DNA from: Bacteriovoracia bacterium
Lineage (GTDB): Bacteria > Bdellovibrionota > UBA1018 > JBFWNL01
Length of the DNA: 64,000 nucleotides
Direction: 5' to 3'
Assembly: GCA_050251055.1 (NCBI GenBank)
Contig: JBFWNL010000005.1
Coordinates: 32,001-96,000, forward strand
Each line of letters opens with the position of its first letter. The stretch's first letter is position 1. Shown piece after piece: positions 18,962-28,414 of the stretch. A model generated the notes under the pieces. That model saw only the letters and a program-made list of their open reading frames with translations, was not told the origin of the DNA and ran no database searches. The position numbers and the translations under genes were made by a program.

Positions 18962-20392
18962 CTAAAAAGGCAGGCGAATAGAGAGAAATAGCGAGACTAA
19001 GCGCTTCACCTTAGGGCCGTAAGGGGGAAGCAGGAAATTCGAGATACTGAAGCGCCGCGCGAATAGTACGGCCCGTTCGTGGGAGAAGGCCTTGAACCCG
19101 AAAAACCCGTGGCAGCTGCCGATGCCGCTCGCACCGACGCCGCCAAATGGGAGATGGGCGTTGGAAAGGTGAACGAGCGCGCTATTGATCACGGTGCCTC
19201 CGGCCGAGGTCTGGGCCAGCACCTGTTCAATCCGAGCGCGGTCGCTTGCGTAAACGTAAAGCGACAGGGGTTTGTCTCCGGCTCGGACGCGGGCGCAGGC
19301 TTCCTCGAGCGTCCGGTAGGTGAGTACGGGCAGGACCGGCCCGAAAATTTCCTCGCGCATGATCGGATGATCCCACTGCGCCGGAAAGAGTACGGTCGGG
19401 GCGATATAGCGGGTTTCCGGCCGAAATACTCCGCCCGTAACCGCGCGAGCGCCCGCCGTGAGGCTGTCTTCGGTAAGTTTCCGCAGGCGGGAGAAGTGGG
19501 CGTCGTTTACGGGTCGGCAAAAATCGGGCGACTTCTCGCGGGCCGCTTCATCCGAGCCGTAAAATCGCGCAATCACGTTCTGGATCTCGGCCAGAAACTC
19601 CTGGGTGCGTGATTCAGGAAGCAGGACGTAGTCGGGCGCCACGCACGTTTGGCCCGCGTTGACGAACTTGCCCCAGGCGATGCGTTCGCAGGTCAGGCGG
19701 AGATCCGCCGATTCGTCGACGATGGCCGGTGACTTTCCCCCCAGCTCGAGGGTGACGGGAGTCAGGTGCTTGGCTGCGGCCTGCATGACGAGCTTGCCAA
19801 CCCGTGTGCTGCCGGTGAAAAAGATATGATCAAACGGAAGCTCAAGCAGATGCTGAGAAATGGCAGCATCCCCCTCGAAGAGCGCGACCTCGCGTTCTTC
19901 GAACACCTCTTCGATCAAGCTCGCTAAAAAGCGGCTCGTATGCGCCGTAAGCTCGGAAGGCTTAAGTATACAGCAGTTGCCGGCCGCGATCGCGGAGATG
20001 AGCGGTGTCATCATCAAATAAAACGGATAGTTCCAAGGCGAGATAATCAGGACCACGCCTTTGGGCTCGTAACGGATTTCGCTGCGCGATCCCCACAGGG
20101 CGAGCGAGTTGGGTACCCGGTGGGGCCGGGTCCACGTGCGCAGGTGGCGGAGCGTGTGGTCGATCTCGGCGAGGGTCGTATAGATCTCGGTCGAATCAAC
20201 TTCGACCGCGGGTTTTCGGAAGTCGCGGTAAATGGCTTCACGGATTTCCGGAGCCCGCCGCTGAATCGCGGCGCGCAGCTTTTCGAGCCGCTCGCGTCGG
20301 TGACCGATCGGGCTGGCCTTGACCGTGGGATGGTGCGCGCGTTGGCTCTCGAAGATGCGAGCAATGTCGGAAGCGTTCCGCTGGACGGTCAT
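18962..20392 (-). CDS. aldehyde dehydrogenase (ALDH3-like)
   Basis: ISPWNYP, KPSE, FTGS, LELGGKSP, AGQTCVAPDY, EEIFGP, PFGGVGASG. Confidence 0.96.
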   Translation of the reverse strand: MTVQRNASDIARIFESQRAHHPTVKASPIGHRRERLEKLRAAIQRRAPEIREAIYRDFRKPAVEVDSTEIYTTLAEIDHTLRHLRTWTRPHRVPNSLALWGSRSEIRYEPKGVVLIISPWNYPFYLMMTPLISAIAAGNCCILKPSELTAHTSRFLASLIEEVFEEREVALFEGDAAISQHLLELPFDHIFFTGSTRVGKLVMQAAAKHLTPVTLELGGKSPAIVDESADLRLTCERIAWGKFVNAGQTCVAPDYVLLPESRTQEFLAEIQNVIARFYGSDEAAREKSPDFCRPVNDAHFSRLRKLTEDSLTAGARAVTGGVFRPETRYIAPTVLFPAQWDHPIMREEIFGPVLPVLTYRTLEEACARVRAGDKPLSLYVYASDRARIEQVLAQTSAGGTVINSALVHLSNAHLPFGGVGASGIGSCHGFFGFKAFSHERAVLFARRFSISNFLLPPYGPKVKRLVSLFLSIRLPF

Positions 20393-20790
20393 GGCATCGT
20401 CGAGTTCAGGTAAGCGGTCAGCGCCTGAATCTCTCCCTTGAGTTGCGGCATGGCCACCATCGACTTCGTCGTACGCTTGGGCGTGTACCCTTGCGGGTAC
20501 TCGGCGCGCATCACGCGGGCTTCGATAAGTGCCTCGGAGGAGCCGGCGATCTCCGGTCCCAAAGTTCCGCCTTTGCGGGGGTCGGGATTATGGCAAGCAA
20601 TGCAGCTCGTTTGGTAAATGGCTTTGCCACGTGAAACGAGCTTGGCCTGGGTTTCCTCTGGGGTCAGCGTCGCCGCCTCTTTTCGGCAGCCCGTGAGGCC
20701 GATCCCTAAGGTCAGCGCGAAACTAGGCAGGAGCACCCATACGCCCGCCCAGACGCTCTGCTTCCGGCCGATCGAAGGCCTCTTTGTCAC
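20389..20790 (-). CDS. monoheme cytochrome c lipoprotein
   Basis: Lipobox LTGC, CIACH, distal AMP. Confidence 0.85.
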   Translation of the reverse strand: MTKRPSIGRKQSVWAGVWVLLPSFALTLGIGLTGCRKEAATLTPEETQAKLVSRGKAIYQTSCIACHNPDPRKGGTLGPEIAGSSEALIEARVMRAEYPQGYTPKRTTKSMVAMPQLKGEIQALTAYLNSTMP

Positions 20791-20805
20791 GCGTACCGCC
20801 GAAAA

Positions 20806-21504
20806 TTACAGGATCACTTCCATCGTGACGTAAAGCACGATGGCGAGCAGAAATCCCATGTGGATCACGCCCTTCACGGTGGCCATCGGCCCAAGCTTGC
20901 CCTTGATCGCGTTGAGCTGAATTAACCCCACGATGACGGCCAAGACGCCGGCAAGCAGGCCGAAGTTCGAGTCGGCGCTCACGTTCATGTTCAAGTGGCT
21001 GGCTGCGCCCATGCAGAACAGCATCGGAATCGAAAACAGGGTGTTGGTCCGCGAGGCAACCATCGCTCGGGCGCCGGCGGCGGCGGCTTCCGGCAGGGCG
21101 GCTTTGCCCGCGGCGGCCTGGGTGGCGGAGGCGATGACGATTTTCTGGTTTGGCCAGATGATGAACCAAACGTTCGCCCACATGAGGCTACCTAGGGTAG
21201 CGCCCAATAGGATGGCAACGCCCCAGGAGGTAGCGAATATTTCTGCGCCGCCGTGGCCTTTCATCCCCAGGTAAGCCCAGCCAGTGAGGAAGGTGAACAT
21301 CGCTGCCCACCGAAACCACCACAAGGCGCGCGGGACGAGTTTCTGGATCGCGTTTGATTTGGTCGCGGCGTCAGTTTCGTTAAAGAACGCGCCCTGAACA
21401 AAGTTGAAGTAGTAAAGGAGGCCGATCCAAGTAATGCCGAAGAAAAAATGCAGCCAGCGAAAGAGGAACAAGAGTCCGTCTTGCGTTAAGAGTGCGAAGT
21501 CCAT
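20806..21504 (-). CDS. urate hydroxylase PuuD-like membrane domain (Urate_ox_N)
   Basis: RWLHFFFGITWIGLLYYFNF, WWFRWAA, ANVWFIIWPNQK, SRTNTLFSIPMLF. Confidence 0.8.
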   Translation of the reverse strand: MDFALLTQDGLLFLFRWLHFFFGITWIGLLYYFNFVQGAFFNETDAATKSNAIQKLVPRALWWFRWAAMFTFLTGWAYLGMKGHGGAEIFATSWGVAILLGATLGSLMWANVWFIIWPNQKIVIASATQAAAGKAALPEAAAAGARAMVASRTNTLFSIPMLFCMGAASHLNMNVSADSNFGLLAGVLAVIVGLIQLNAIKGKLGPMATVKGVIHMGFLLAIVLYVTMEVIL

Positions 21505-21588
21505 AGGGGTTCTCCTTTACGTTATGACTCCACTTATAAGGTAAATTAGGCTTTAGGTCCAAAGATTTGTCGGGTATTAAGCTAGATC

Positions 21589-21996
21589 ATGACTAGCCGC
21601 ACATCAAATCTACGGGTGAGCTCCGCTTCGGCGGATGCCCAGCGGCCAAGCACCTGGCGGAAGTACCAAAAAGGGATGTGCGAGGGCTGTTGGGGTGGGT
21701 GTTGCACCTTACCGGTGGAGGTGAGTGCCCACGATCTGATTCGACTCGGGTTGACGGATGAGGGAGAAGTCGGGGTTTCGCCGAAGGCGCTCGCAAAACG
21801 CCTGACGAAAGAGAAGGTCCTTCAGGGCTACAATCCCCGCACGGGGATCTTTACCCTTGCGCAAGTCGCCGGCCGCGATTGTATCTACCTGGATAAAGAC
21901 CGGCTATGCACGGTATACGATCGGCGGCCGGAGGTGTGCCGGCAGTTCCCGAAGATTGGGCCACGTCCCGGTTTCTGTCCGGCGCGCAAGAAATAG
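21589..21996 (+). CDS. YkgJ family cysteine cluster protein
   Basis: CEGCWGGCC, CIYLD, CTVYDRRPEVCRQFP. Confidence 0.9.
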   Translation: MTSRTSNLRVSSASADAQRPSTWRKYQKGMCEGCWGGCCTLPVEVSAHDLIRLGLTDEGEVGVSPKALAKRLTKEKVLQGYNPRTGIFTLAQVAGRDCIYLDKDRLCTVYDRRPEVCRQFPKIGPRPGFCPARKK

Positions 21997-22000
21997 CGGT

Positions 22001-22243
22001 TTATTGCTTGGTCTTAAGCGAAGCGTCGTTCGCCTTAATAAAGGCGCGAATATCGTCGGCCATATCGAGGAGCTTATTCCACTGCTCTTTATAAAGAGTT
22101 ACGGGAAAGCGACCCATGCCATAAATCGACAAGGCCCCTTTTTCGCTCACCTTCATGCTGAGACCGCGCGAAGAGGTTTTCTTCAGAGCGGCATTTTCGG
22201 CGCGAAGTCTCTCTAACTCGTCTTTCATCTGATCGTCTGACAT
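22001..22243 (-). CDS. small conserved hypothetical protein
   Basis: N-terminal coiled coil, KVSEKGALSIYGMGRFPVTLYKEQW; own promoter. Confidence 0.8.
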   Translation of the reverse strand: MSDDQMKDELERLRAENAALKKTSSRGLSMKVSEKGALSIYGMGRFPVTLYKEQWNKLLDMADDIRAFIKANDASLKTKQ

Positions 22244-22249
22244 GGGCAG

Positions 22250-22278
22250 ATTCTATGCCTGGCCGAGGCGTGCGACAA
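22250..22278 (-). promoter_or_regulatory. sigma70 promoter, probably leaderless transcript
   Basis: TTGTCG-N17-TAGAAT, 6 nt before the ATG. Confidence 0.65.
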
Positions 22279-22280
22279 GC

Positions 22281-22829
22281 TCAATTCAAGACCAGCGAGA
22301 ACGATCCTCCACAGCTTTCCGACGCCGTCGGGTAGAGGTGGACGATGGCGGGCAAAGGAAGGATCGCGGGCAAGGAGAAGGACTCTCCGGCGACGGGTTG
22401 AGTCAAGGGGGTTACATCCCCGATTTCGACGGGATCGATTTCTTCTCCGGGGGGTATCAGCAAAGTATCCGAAATAAAGTGGCAGCCCAAAGCGAGGATG
22501 TCCGTCGTACAAGCGGAGAAGGCCGCGCGCTCGGCCACGATTCGTCCGCGCCGATTGGCGTCGATGAATCCTTGGTAGGTCCCGAAGCGGGTGCCCACTC
22601 CCAGGGCTTTTTCGATCCCTTCGGTTACCCGCACTCGCTGCTGGCATGTTTCGTAGGGGAGGCTCGTGCATTCCTCCACTCGCTGGCAGACGGTTCGGAG
22701 CAGGGATTCGGCGGGGGTGATGGGATTGCCGGTCACCGTACCCCGTCCGTCCTGGGGGGCTCCCAGACAGGCGGCAAGTAAAAGGAGTCCCGCGGGAACC
22801 ACCCGTCTCGGCAGAAGCGTGGGATTCAT
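22281..22829 (-). CDS. Cys-rich lipoprotein
   Basis: Lipobox LAAC, GTVTGNP, ATGA overlap with TIGR02147-type gene. Confidence 0.7.
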   Translation of the reverse strand: MNPTLLPRRVVPAGLLLLAACLGAPQDGRGTVTGNPITPAESLLRTVCQRVEECTSLPYETCQQRVRVTEGIEKALGVGTRFGTYQGFIDANRRGRIVAERAAFSACTTDILALGCHFISDTLLIPPGEEIDPVEIGDVTPLTQPVAGESFSLPAILPLPAIVHLYPTASESCGGSFSLVLN

Positions 22830-23668
22830 GCCGCCTCCGAGATCGGAAAGAGCTGAAAATTGATTTGCACTACCTTCTCTGTTTCGCCTGAATCGTGGGC
22901 GATGGCGTCGAGCACCTGGTCGCGAAACACCCGAATCATCTCTTTCACTTGGGCGCAGGTCTCGCGGGAGAGCCCCGTGGTGATCGCGGAGATCTCCCGT
23001 TCTTGGCGAGGGATTCGTTCGATGGCCTCACCGGCGAGGCGGATCATGTGACGGTGGTACTGGGCGATCGCGCTGGAAACCACTTCGTCGCCGGTGACAA
23101 TCGCGCCGGTGCTGCGTCTGAGCTTGCCGTTCGGCCCACGCTCGATCAAACCCAGGGTCAACAATTCCCGTAGGGCGCGGCGGGCTTGATCGGCCGTAAT
23201 GGGAGGGTTGAGGCTGCGAGCCAGCGTCTGGGGGTCCTCGCTAAAAGCCGGGCTGCCGACGAGTTCGCGAATCGGGATGAAATACCACTGGGCGTAGTAG
23301 TTGAACTGGGCCTCGCTCAAAGGATGGAGGCTGCGGAATCTCCCGCTCGTGACGAGCTGCTGGGCAAAGTGTTGCCGTTGCTCGCTCGAGCGGGTCTGGT
23401 TGAAATGCACGAGCTGGGTGAAGAAGTCGGTTTCGTGGCGAGTGAGTTTGAGCGCGCGCGCGCAGCGCGGGATGGCTTCCGTTGAGAGGTTGCGTTTGCC
23501 ATCCATGACGAGCTTGAAGTAGTTGGGCGAAGCAAAACCGGCCCGCTTGGCGAGGAAGCGATACGAAAATCCGGGTCGCACGGTTTTCATGTGGAGGTAG
23601 TGGTCGCGCATGAATTTACGGTAGTCGGCGTAGGCGTAAACTTTGGGCGGCAAACTCGGGCTTCCCAT
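22826..23668 (-). CDS. TIGR02147 family protein (HTH plus DUF4423-like)
   Basis: DYRKF, FSYRFLAKRAGFASPNY...GKRNLS, WYFIPIREL, QINFQLFPIS. Confidence 0.9.
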   Translation of the reverse strand: MGSPSLPPKVYAYADYRKFMRDHYLHMKTVRPGFSYRFLAKRAGFASPNYFKLVMDGKRNLSTEAIPRCARALKLTRHETDFFTQLVHFNQTRSSEQRQHFAQQLVTSGRFRSLHPLSEAQFNYYAQWYFIPIRELVGSPAFSEDPQTLARSLNPPITADQARRALRELLTLGLIERGPNGKLRRSTGAIVTGDEVVSSAIAQYHRHMIRLAGEAIERIPRQEREISAITTGLSRETCAQVKEMIRVFRDQVLDAIAHDSGETEKVVQINFQLFPISEAA

Positions 23669-23764
23669 AGAAATCCCTCTTTCTCGCTCCAGGATATCGG
23701 ACCGGCGGGGCCGAAGAAATGTGGCGATTCCGACACCCGCGTGTAAAGCTGGGCTGGTATACAT

Positions 23765-23784
23765 TAGAATACGGATAGAATACG
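23765..23784. repeat. direct repeat TAGAATACG x2, 11-bp period, candidate operator
   Basis: Exact 9-mer repeat about 100 bp upstream of the TIGR02147-type gene. Confidence 0.5.
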
Positions 23785-23853
23785 TTTGTTTTTCGGTGTG
23801 GCCGCGAACCTCGGAGGATAGACTTCCGAGGTTCGCGGCCGCGCACGTCGGGT

Positions 23854-26052
23854 TTAGAGGCCGAAACCCGCACGCATGTAAGTCATCACGGCGTCGATGC
23901 CGTACACCGCGTTCCAGCTGTCCCGGGATTGCGCACCCATCTTCTGTAGGATTTGCTCGACCCCGGCGTCGATTTGGCTTTGGGTTCCGCAAGCCGAAAC
24001 CAGCCCCTGGGACATCGCATAGGTGCAGAGGTCCCGCGTGGGCGCCGGGAACGTCGCGCTCAGTGCGGTACCCTGAACCGACACCCCGCCCGGGTTACGG
24101 ATATCCAGCGCGGGAGGTTGGGGAAAGGGCGGATTTTGCGCGACGACGGTGTTGTTGAGGAAGCTGATCCCCGAAAGGGGGTTTCTTCCTGGCAGCGTTT
24201 GCAATCCGTGGTGGTTGAAGAGGATGTTGTTCCTCACCGTCACGTTGCGGGCGAAGCCAGTCATGTAGCTTTGATCGAACGAGATGCCCGCGCCATCGGA
24301 GGTTCGCACCCGTCGGTTGGATATCACGTTGTTCTCGATGACCGATCCCGACGGGTTGGTGAACGCGACGCTGATGCCCACCCCCAGGTTTCCGTCGCCG
24401 AACTGGTCGACGTCCTTGGTCGCGGTGTGCGTGATGAAGTTGCCGCGAACTTGGTAGGCCCCTCCGTTCGGCCAAATCATCATTCCGCCGTTGCTATCGG
24501 CCGGCGGGGTGTCTTGTCCGCCGATATGGATGGCCATGGCAAGTCCGGAGTAGAAGTTGTCTTCCACGACTCCGGGCGAGCGTAGCGCCGTGCCGATGTG
24601 TGATTTAGTACCTCGCGAGATGCTAACGTTTTTCCGGATGATGATGGTTCCGGAGTTCGTGTCCTGGATGTAGCCGAAGTTATCCTGCTGATACGGCAGG
24701 CGTACGGTCTGGAACGCCCGCATGAGCAGATAGTTCCCTTCGACGAGTACCCCTTGGCTGAGGTCGACATAGAACGGGTGGGGAGACATCCCGGCGCCGG
24801 TGTTGTCCAGGATGTCTTCGAAGATATTGTTCCGGATCATGACGTTCGAGACACCGGAGATCGTGATGCCCTCCTTCCAGCGCCAGAATTTGTTGTCCTC
24901 GATCAGGATGTTCATGCCGCCCGTGTTGATCGGTGCGTTGGTCCAGAGGATGCAGCTGCCGCTGTAATTCGTCGACGGCCGGAACTCCAGGCCCATGATC
25001 GCGAAGTGGCTGGACATGTTGTTGGGAAGAAGTGCGGCGTTGCTTTGGAAGGCGTATTCGGCGCTGCCGGGCTTCACGATGATGGGACGGGGACCGCTCC
25101 CATAGCTCGCGATGCCCATCATGCCCGTAATTTGGATTTCGCCATTGGCCATCACGTTGCGGGTATACGAACGTCCTTTCAAGCGGGTGACGGGAAAGGC
25201 TTCGTTGAAAGTATCCCCTTTCTTAAGCCGCAACTGATCGGGATACCCGGAGCGAAGCTGGCCGAACGCCTGGGCGATCGTGCGGTAGGGGACGACGGCG
25301 ATCGCCGGATGTTCCGGATCGGATCCCACTTCTGCGGCGGTGTAGGCCCGGGCGGTTCCGCCGCCGTTGTAACTCGAGCTGACATAAATCACCCGCGAGT
25401 CGGAACTCAGCATGAGCCGGGAGTACCCGCTCGCCGCCACGGGCGGAGCCTCGGGACAAAGGCCGGGTACGGGCGATTGCAGGTAATCGTAGTAGTTATT
25501 GATGAAGAGAGACAAGTCAGCCGGTTCGACGCGACCGTTGTGATCATAGTCAATGCGGGTATCTCCGGCGTAGAGGGCGTTCGTGACTCCTGCGATGTCG
25601 GCCGCGTTCACGCTCCCATTCTGGTCGAAGTCCGGGCAGATCGTCGCCGTGCGGGGAGCGGGCGAGGATTCGGGCGAAGGGGCGGGAGCCGGTGGGGCGC
25701 TCGCGGTTACCGTCACCACCGACCACGGGGTGTACGCCGAGCAGCTGCGGGCGCAGGCTCGGACACGGAAGCGATGCACTCCCGCGCCTGCGGCGTTCTC
25801 GAGCGATACGGCGTTCGCTTCGGCGTTCAACGTGACTGACGGAACGCCATTGAAACTACCGTCGACTTGAGTTTGGCGCTGCACGCGGAAGCTGGTTTCG
25901 TTGCTGGAGTTGTCTTGCCACTGTACGCGGGCGCGGCCGTCGGCTAGATCCGAGGTCTCGACCGCGGATGGCGCCGCCGGGGCCGCCGCCGCTCCGGTAG
26001 TAGACATTCCATAAAGTAAACTAGCCGCAGATAATGTGAGCCACTTTTTCAT
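23854..26052 (-). CDS. secreted FN3 + dockerin-like + parallel beta-helix protein
   Basis: Signal peptide, WQDNSSNETSFRVQR, paired DFDQNGSVNAAD/DYDHNGRVEPAD, repeated I.NN beta-helix coils. Confidence 0.8.
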   Translation of the reverse strand: MKKWLTLSAASLLYGMSTTGAAAAPAAPSAVETSDLADGRARVQWQDNSSNETSFRVQRQTQVDGSFNGVPSVTLNAEANAVSLENAAGAGVHRFRVRACARSCSAYTPWSVVTVTASAPPAPAPSPESSPAPRTATICPDFDQNGSVNAADIAGVTNALYAGDTRIDYDHNGRVEPADLSLFINNYYDYLQSPVPGLCPEAPPVAASGYSRLMLSSDSRVIYVSSSYNGGGTARAYTAAEVGSDPEHPAIAVVPYRTIAQAFGQLRSGYPDQLRLKKGDTFNEAFPVTRLKGRSYTRNVMANGEIQITGMMGIASYGSGPRPIIVKPGSAEYAFQSNAALLPNNMSSHFAIMGLEFRPSTNYSGSCILWTNAPINTGGMNILIEDNKFWRWKEGITISGVSNVMIRNNIFEDILDNTGAGMSPHPFYVDLSQGVLVEGNYLLMRAFQTVRLPYQQDNFGYIQDTNSGTIIIRKNVSISRGTKSHIGTALRSPGVVEDNFYSGLAMAIHIGGQDTPPADSNGGMMIWPNGGAYQVRGNFITHTATKDVDQFGDGNLGVGISVAFTNPSGSVIENNVISNRRVRTSDGAGISFDQSYMTGFARNVTVRNNILFNHHGLQTLPGRNPLSGISFLNNTVVAQNPPFPQPPALDIRNPGGVSVQGTALSATFPAPTRDLCTYAMSQGLVSACGTQSQIDAGVEQILQKMGAQSRDSWNAVYGIDAVMTYMRAGFGL

Positions 26053-26196
26053 GCGCATCCCCCTTTGGATTGCTGCGAATAAACCCCTCAGTCCCAGTCT
26101 TTAGGGTGCGCCGGTATCCCTTGGGATTCAACGGGGCAAGGCGTGAGCGGGTGAAGTAGCGTATGCCGGTTGTATGCTGGCGCCGGGTGTAGGGGC

Positions 26197-27177
26197 CTAG
26201 GGAATACCGAGCTCGGCAAGGGAGATGTGGCGCCGGGCCTCGCCCCATATTTTTCCGGGTGCGAATTCCGTGGGGACCAGCGAGAATCCGCGCGCAAAAG
26301 CGCGGATGATTTTCTCCGGAGAGATCCCTCTTTGCGCGAGTTCCGGCAGCTGGATGCCCGCGGTGCGTTTTTCCAAGCGGGTGCCGTCGCCGGCCAGCAC
26401 GAGCGAGGTATGAAAGACCGCCGGGAATTCGCCCGTTCCCGCCGGTCCGCGCAGCCAAGCTTGGATCTTGCGCTGGATCGGGGTCGCCGATTCCAGATCC
26501 CACGCCCGCACGAGCAAGGACTCCTCGGTTTCCCAATCGTCGATCGCGCAAGCCCAATGGTATCCGGGCAGAAAACTTTTCTCGTCGGCTTCGCCGTCTG
26601 GGGATTTCAAGGGGGAAGTGCGTGCGACGATGAAGTCGTGGCTGCCGGTGGGATCGTCGTCGCGAAAACGCCAAGCGATCTTCGTGCCCCTCGGTTTGGG
26701 AGGATTCGTGAGACGACAGCGGCCGGAATAGCGGACGGAGGGACCGTCCCCGTCATTTAACGTGTCGGGTAACGTGTCAGGTAACGTGTCGGGTAACGCG
26801 GTTGGCGACGTCCCGGGCGTCGATTGACCAGCGGGCCGCGAGTTCTGCGGGGCCGAGGCGAGCGATGCTAGGACTTCTTTGCGTGAACAATGGCAGGGGT
26901 ATATTTTTCCCTCCCGTCGGGCGCGCAAAAACGCCGACCAGTGAGCCGAGAGCCGCTGCGTTTGAATGGATACGCGGTCGGGGACCAGTCCGAGTTCAGC
27001 CATCTCCTGGAGTTGGCGGGCCTGGGCGCCAGGAATAACGCGAGGTGTATCGATATCTTCGAATCTGACATGCCACGGCATATTGAGGGCACGGGCCCAG
27101 GCCTGCGACACCCAGGCCGTGCGAAAATTTCCGATGTGGAATGCTCCGGTAGGAGACGGGGCGAAGCGTACACTCAT
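26197..27177 (-). CDS. gluQ: glutamyl-Q tRNA(Asp) synthetase-like protein (GluRS catalytic domain only), divergent
   Basis: RFAPSPTG, HIGN, RFEDID, YPCHCSRKE..YSGRC; no anticodon-binding domain. Confidence 0.75.
   Translation of the reverse strand: MSVRFAPSPTGAFHIGNFRTAWVSQAWARALNMPWHVRFEDIDTPRVIPGAQARQLQEMAELGLVPDRVSIQTQRLSAHWSAFLRARREGKIYPCHCSRKEVLASLASAPQNSRPAGQSTPGTSPTALPDTLPDTLPDTLNDGDGPSVRYSGRCRLTNPPKPRGTKIAWRFRDDDPTGSHDFIVARTSPLKSPDGEADEKSFLPGYHWACAIDDWETEESLLVRAWDLESATPIQRKIQAWLRGPAGTGEFPAVFHTSLVLAGDGTRLEKRTAGIQLPELAQRGISPEKIIRAFARGFSLVPTEFAPGKIWGEARRHISLAELGIP
26759..26798. repeat. 12-bp tandem repeat (aacgtgtcRggt, about 3.3 copies) encoding LPDT repeats
   Basis: Directly visible, in frame within the gluQ-like gene. 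Confidence 0.9.
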
Positions 27178-27353
27178 AAGGCTCGTTGAACTTAGCTTGG
27201 ATTGTGCTCGATCACGCAAAAAAATTGGAAAATCTCATAAATACGGCTCCATTACGCGACGAGTCGCCCCTGTGGGTTCACCCTTGACCCCTCTTGGAGG
27301 GGTGAGTACAACGCACTCACCAATCATTAGCTATGTCAGGGGAGATGGGGATT

Positions 27354-28385
27354 ATGAAAAAGTATTTTCAGGTAACGGGCTTGGGCGTCGCATTGTATTT
27401 GGTGATCCTGCTCGTGGTGGGATCACTCGTGCCCATGTACGCGAACGCCGCGAAGGTAAAAATCGGTTTTGTTCTCTCCACCTTGCAGGAAGAGCGTTAC
27501 CAAAAGGACCAAAAGTTTTTCAAAGAGCAGGCGGATAAACTGGGCTTTGAACCCGTGATGGTTTCCGCCGAGAATAATGAACAGACGCAGACCGCCAAGA
27601 TCGAGAATCTTCTATCGATGGGCGTGAAGGCGATCGTAGTGCAGCCCGTGAACTCGGAAGCCGCCGCGAACCTCGTGAAGCTCGCGCACGAGGACAAGGT
27701 GCCGGTCGTGGCTTACGACCGCATGATCGCCAATGCCCCCGTGGATTTCTACGTCACGATGGATTCGTTCAAAGTGGGCGTGCTCCAGGCGGAAGCCGCC
27801 GTGAAGGCGACGGGAGGGAAGGGGAATTACGTGATCCTCCAGGGCCAGGCTGGTCACTCGGTGGCCAACGAAATCACCCGGGGCGTGATGTCCGTGTTGA
27901 GCAAACAGAAGAACATCAAGATCGTCATGCAGAAAAGCCACGACGGCTGGAGCCCTCAGCTCGCCATGCAGACCGTGGAGAATGCCCTCACCCAGACGGG
28001 CAACAAAATCGATGCCGTATTGGCGAACAACTCAGGCATGGCCAACGGCGCCGTGCAGGCGTTGGGCGAGCAGGGCCTGGCCGGTAAAGTGTTCGTGGCC
28101 GGAGCGGACGCCGATTTGGCCAATATCAAGAACATCGTGGCCGGTCGTCAGCAGCTCGAGGTGCTGAAGGATATCGCCCCGCTTGCGCAGACCGCGGCGA
28201 AGGTGGCGTATGATCTGGCTACGGCGAAGAAGCCGAAGCCGACGCGTACGATTCAGAACGGGACCTTCAGCGTGCCCGTGATGGAAACTCCCGTGTACGC
28301 GATCACCAAGGATAACCTTGAGCAGCGCGTGATCTCGACGGGCTTCCATGCGCGCGAAGCCGTCTACGGTGCCGCTAAAAAGTAG
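27354..28385 (+). CDS. xylF: D-xylose-type sugar ABC substrate-binding protein
   Basis: LQEERYQKD, VVAYDRMI, VAGADADLANIKNI. Confidence 0.82.
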   Translation: MKKYFQVTGLGVALYLVILLVVGSLVPMYANAAKVKIGFVLSTLQEERYQKDQKFFKEQADKLGFEPVMVSAENNEQTQTAKIENLLSMGVKAIVVQPVNSEAAANLVKLAHEDKVPVVAYDRMIANAPVDFYVTMDSFKVGVLQAEAAVKATGGKGNYVILQGQAGHSVANEITRGVMSVLSKQKNIKIVMQKSHDGWSPQLAMQTVENALTQTGNKIDAVLANNSGMANGAVQALGEQGLAGKVFVAGADADLANIKNIVAGRQQLEVLKDIAPLAQTAAKVAYDLATAKKPKPTRTIQNGTFSVPVMETPVYAITKDNLEQRVISTGFHAREAVYGAAKK

Positions 28386-28414
28386 TCTCCCGAGAAACCA
28401 GACCTAGGAGCGAC

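Noticed and set aside
22826-23992. 388-aa extended start for the TIGR02147-type ORF
   Set aside because: Extension overlaps the neighbouring gene; the family-like sequence starts at Met 23668
26759-26798. Tandem repeat as CRISPR array
   Set aside because: 12-bp units without spacers, in frame in a CDS, no cas genes
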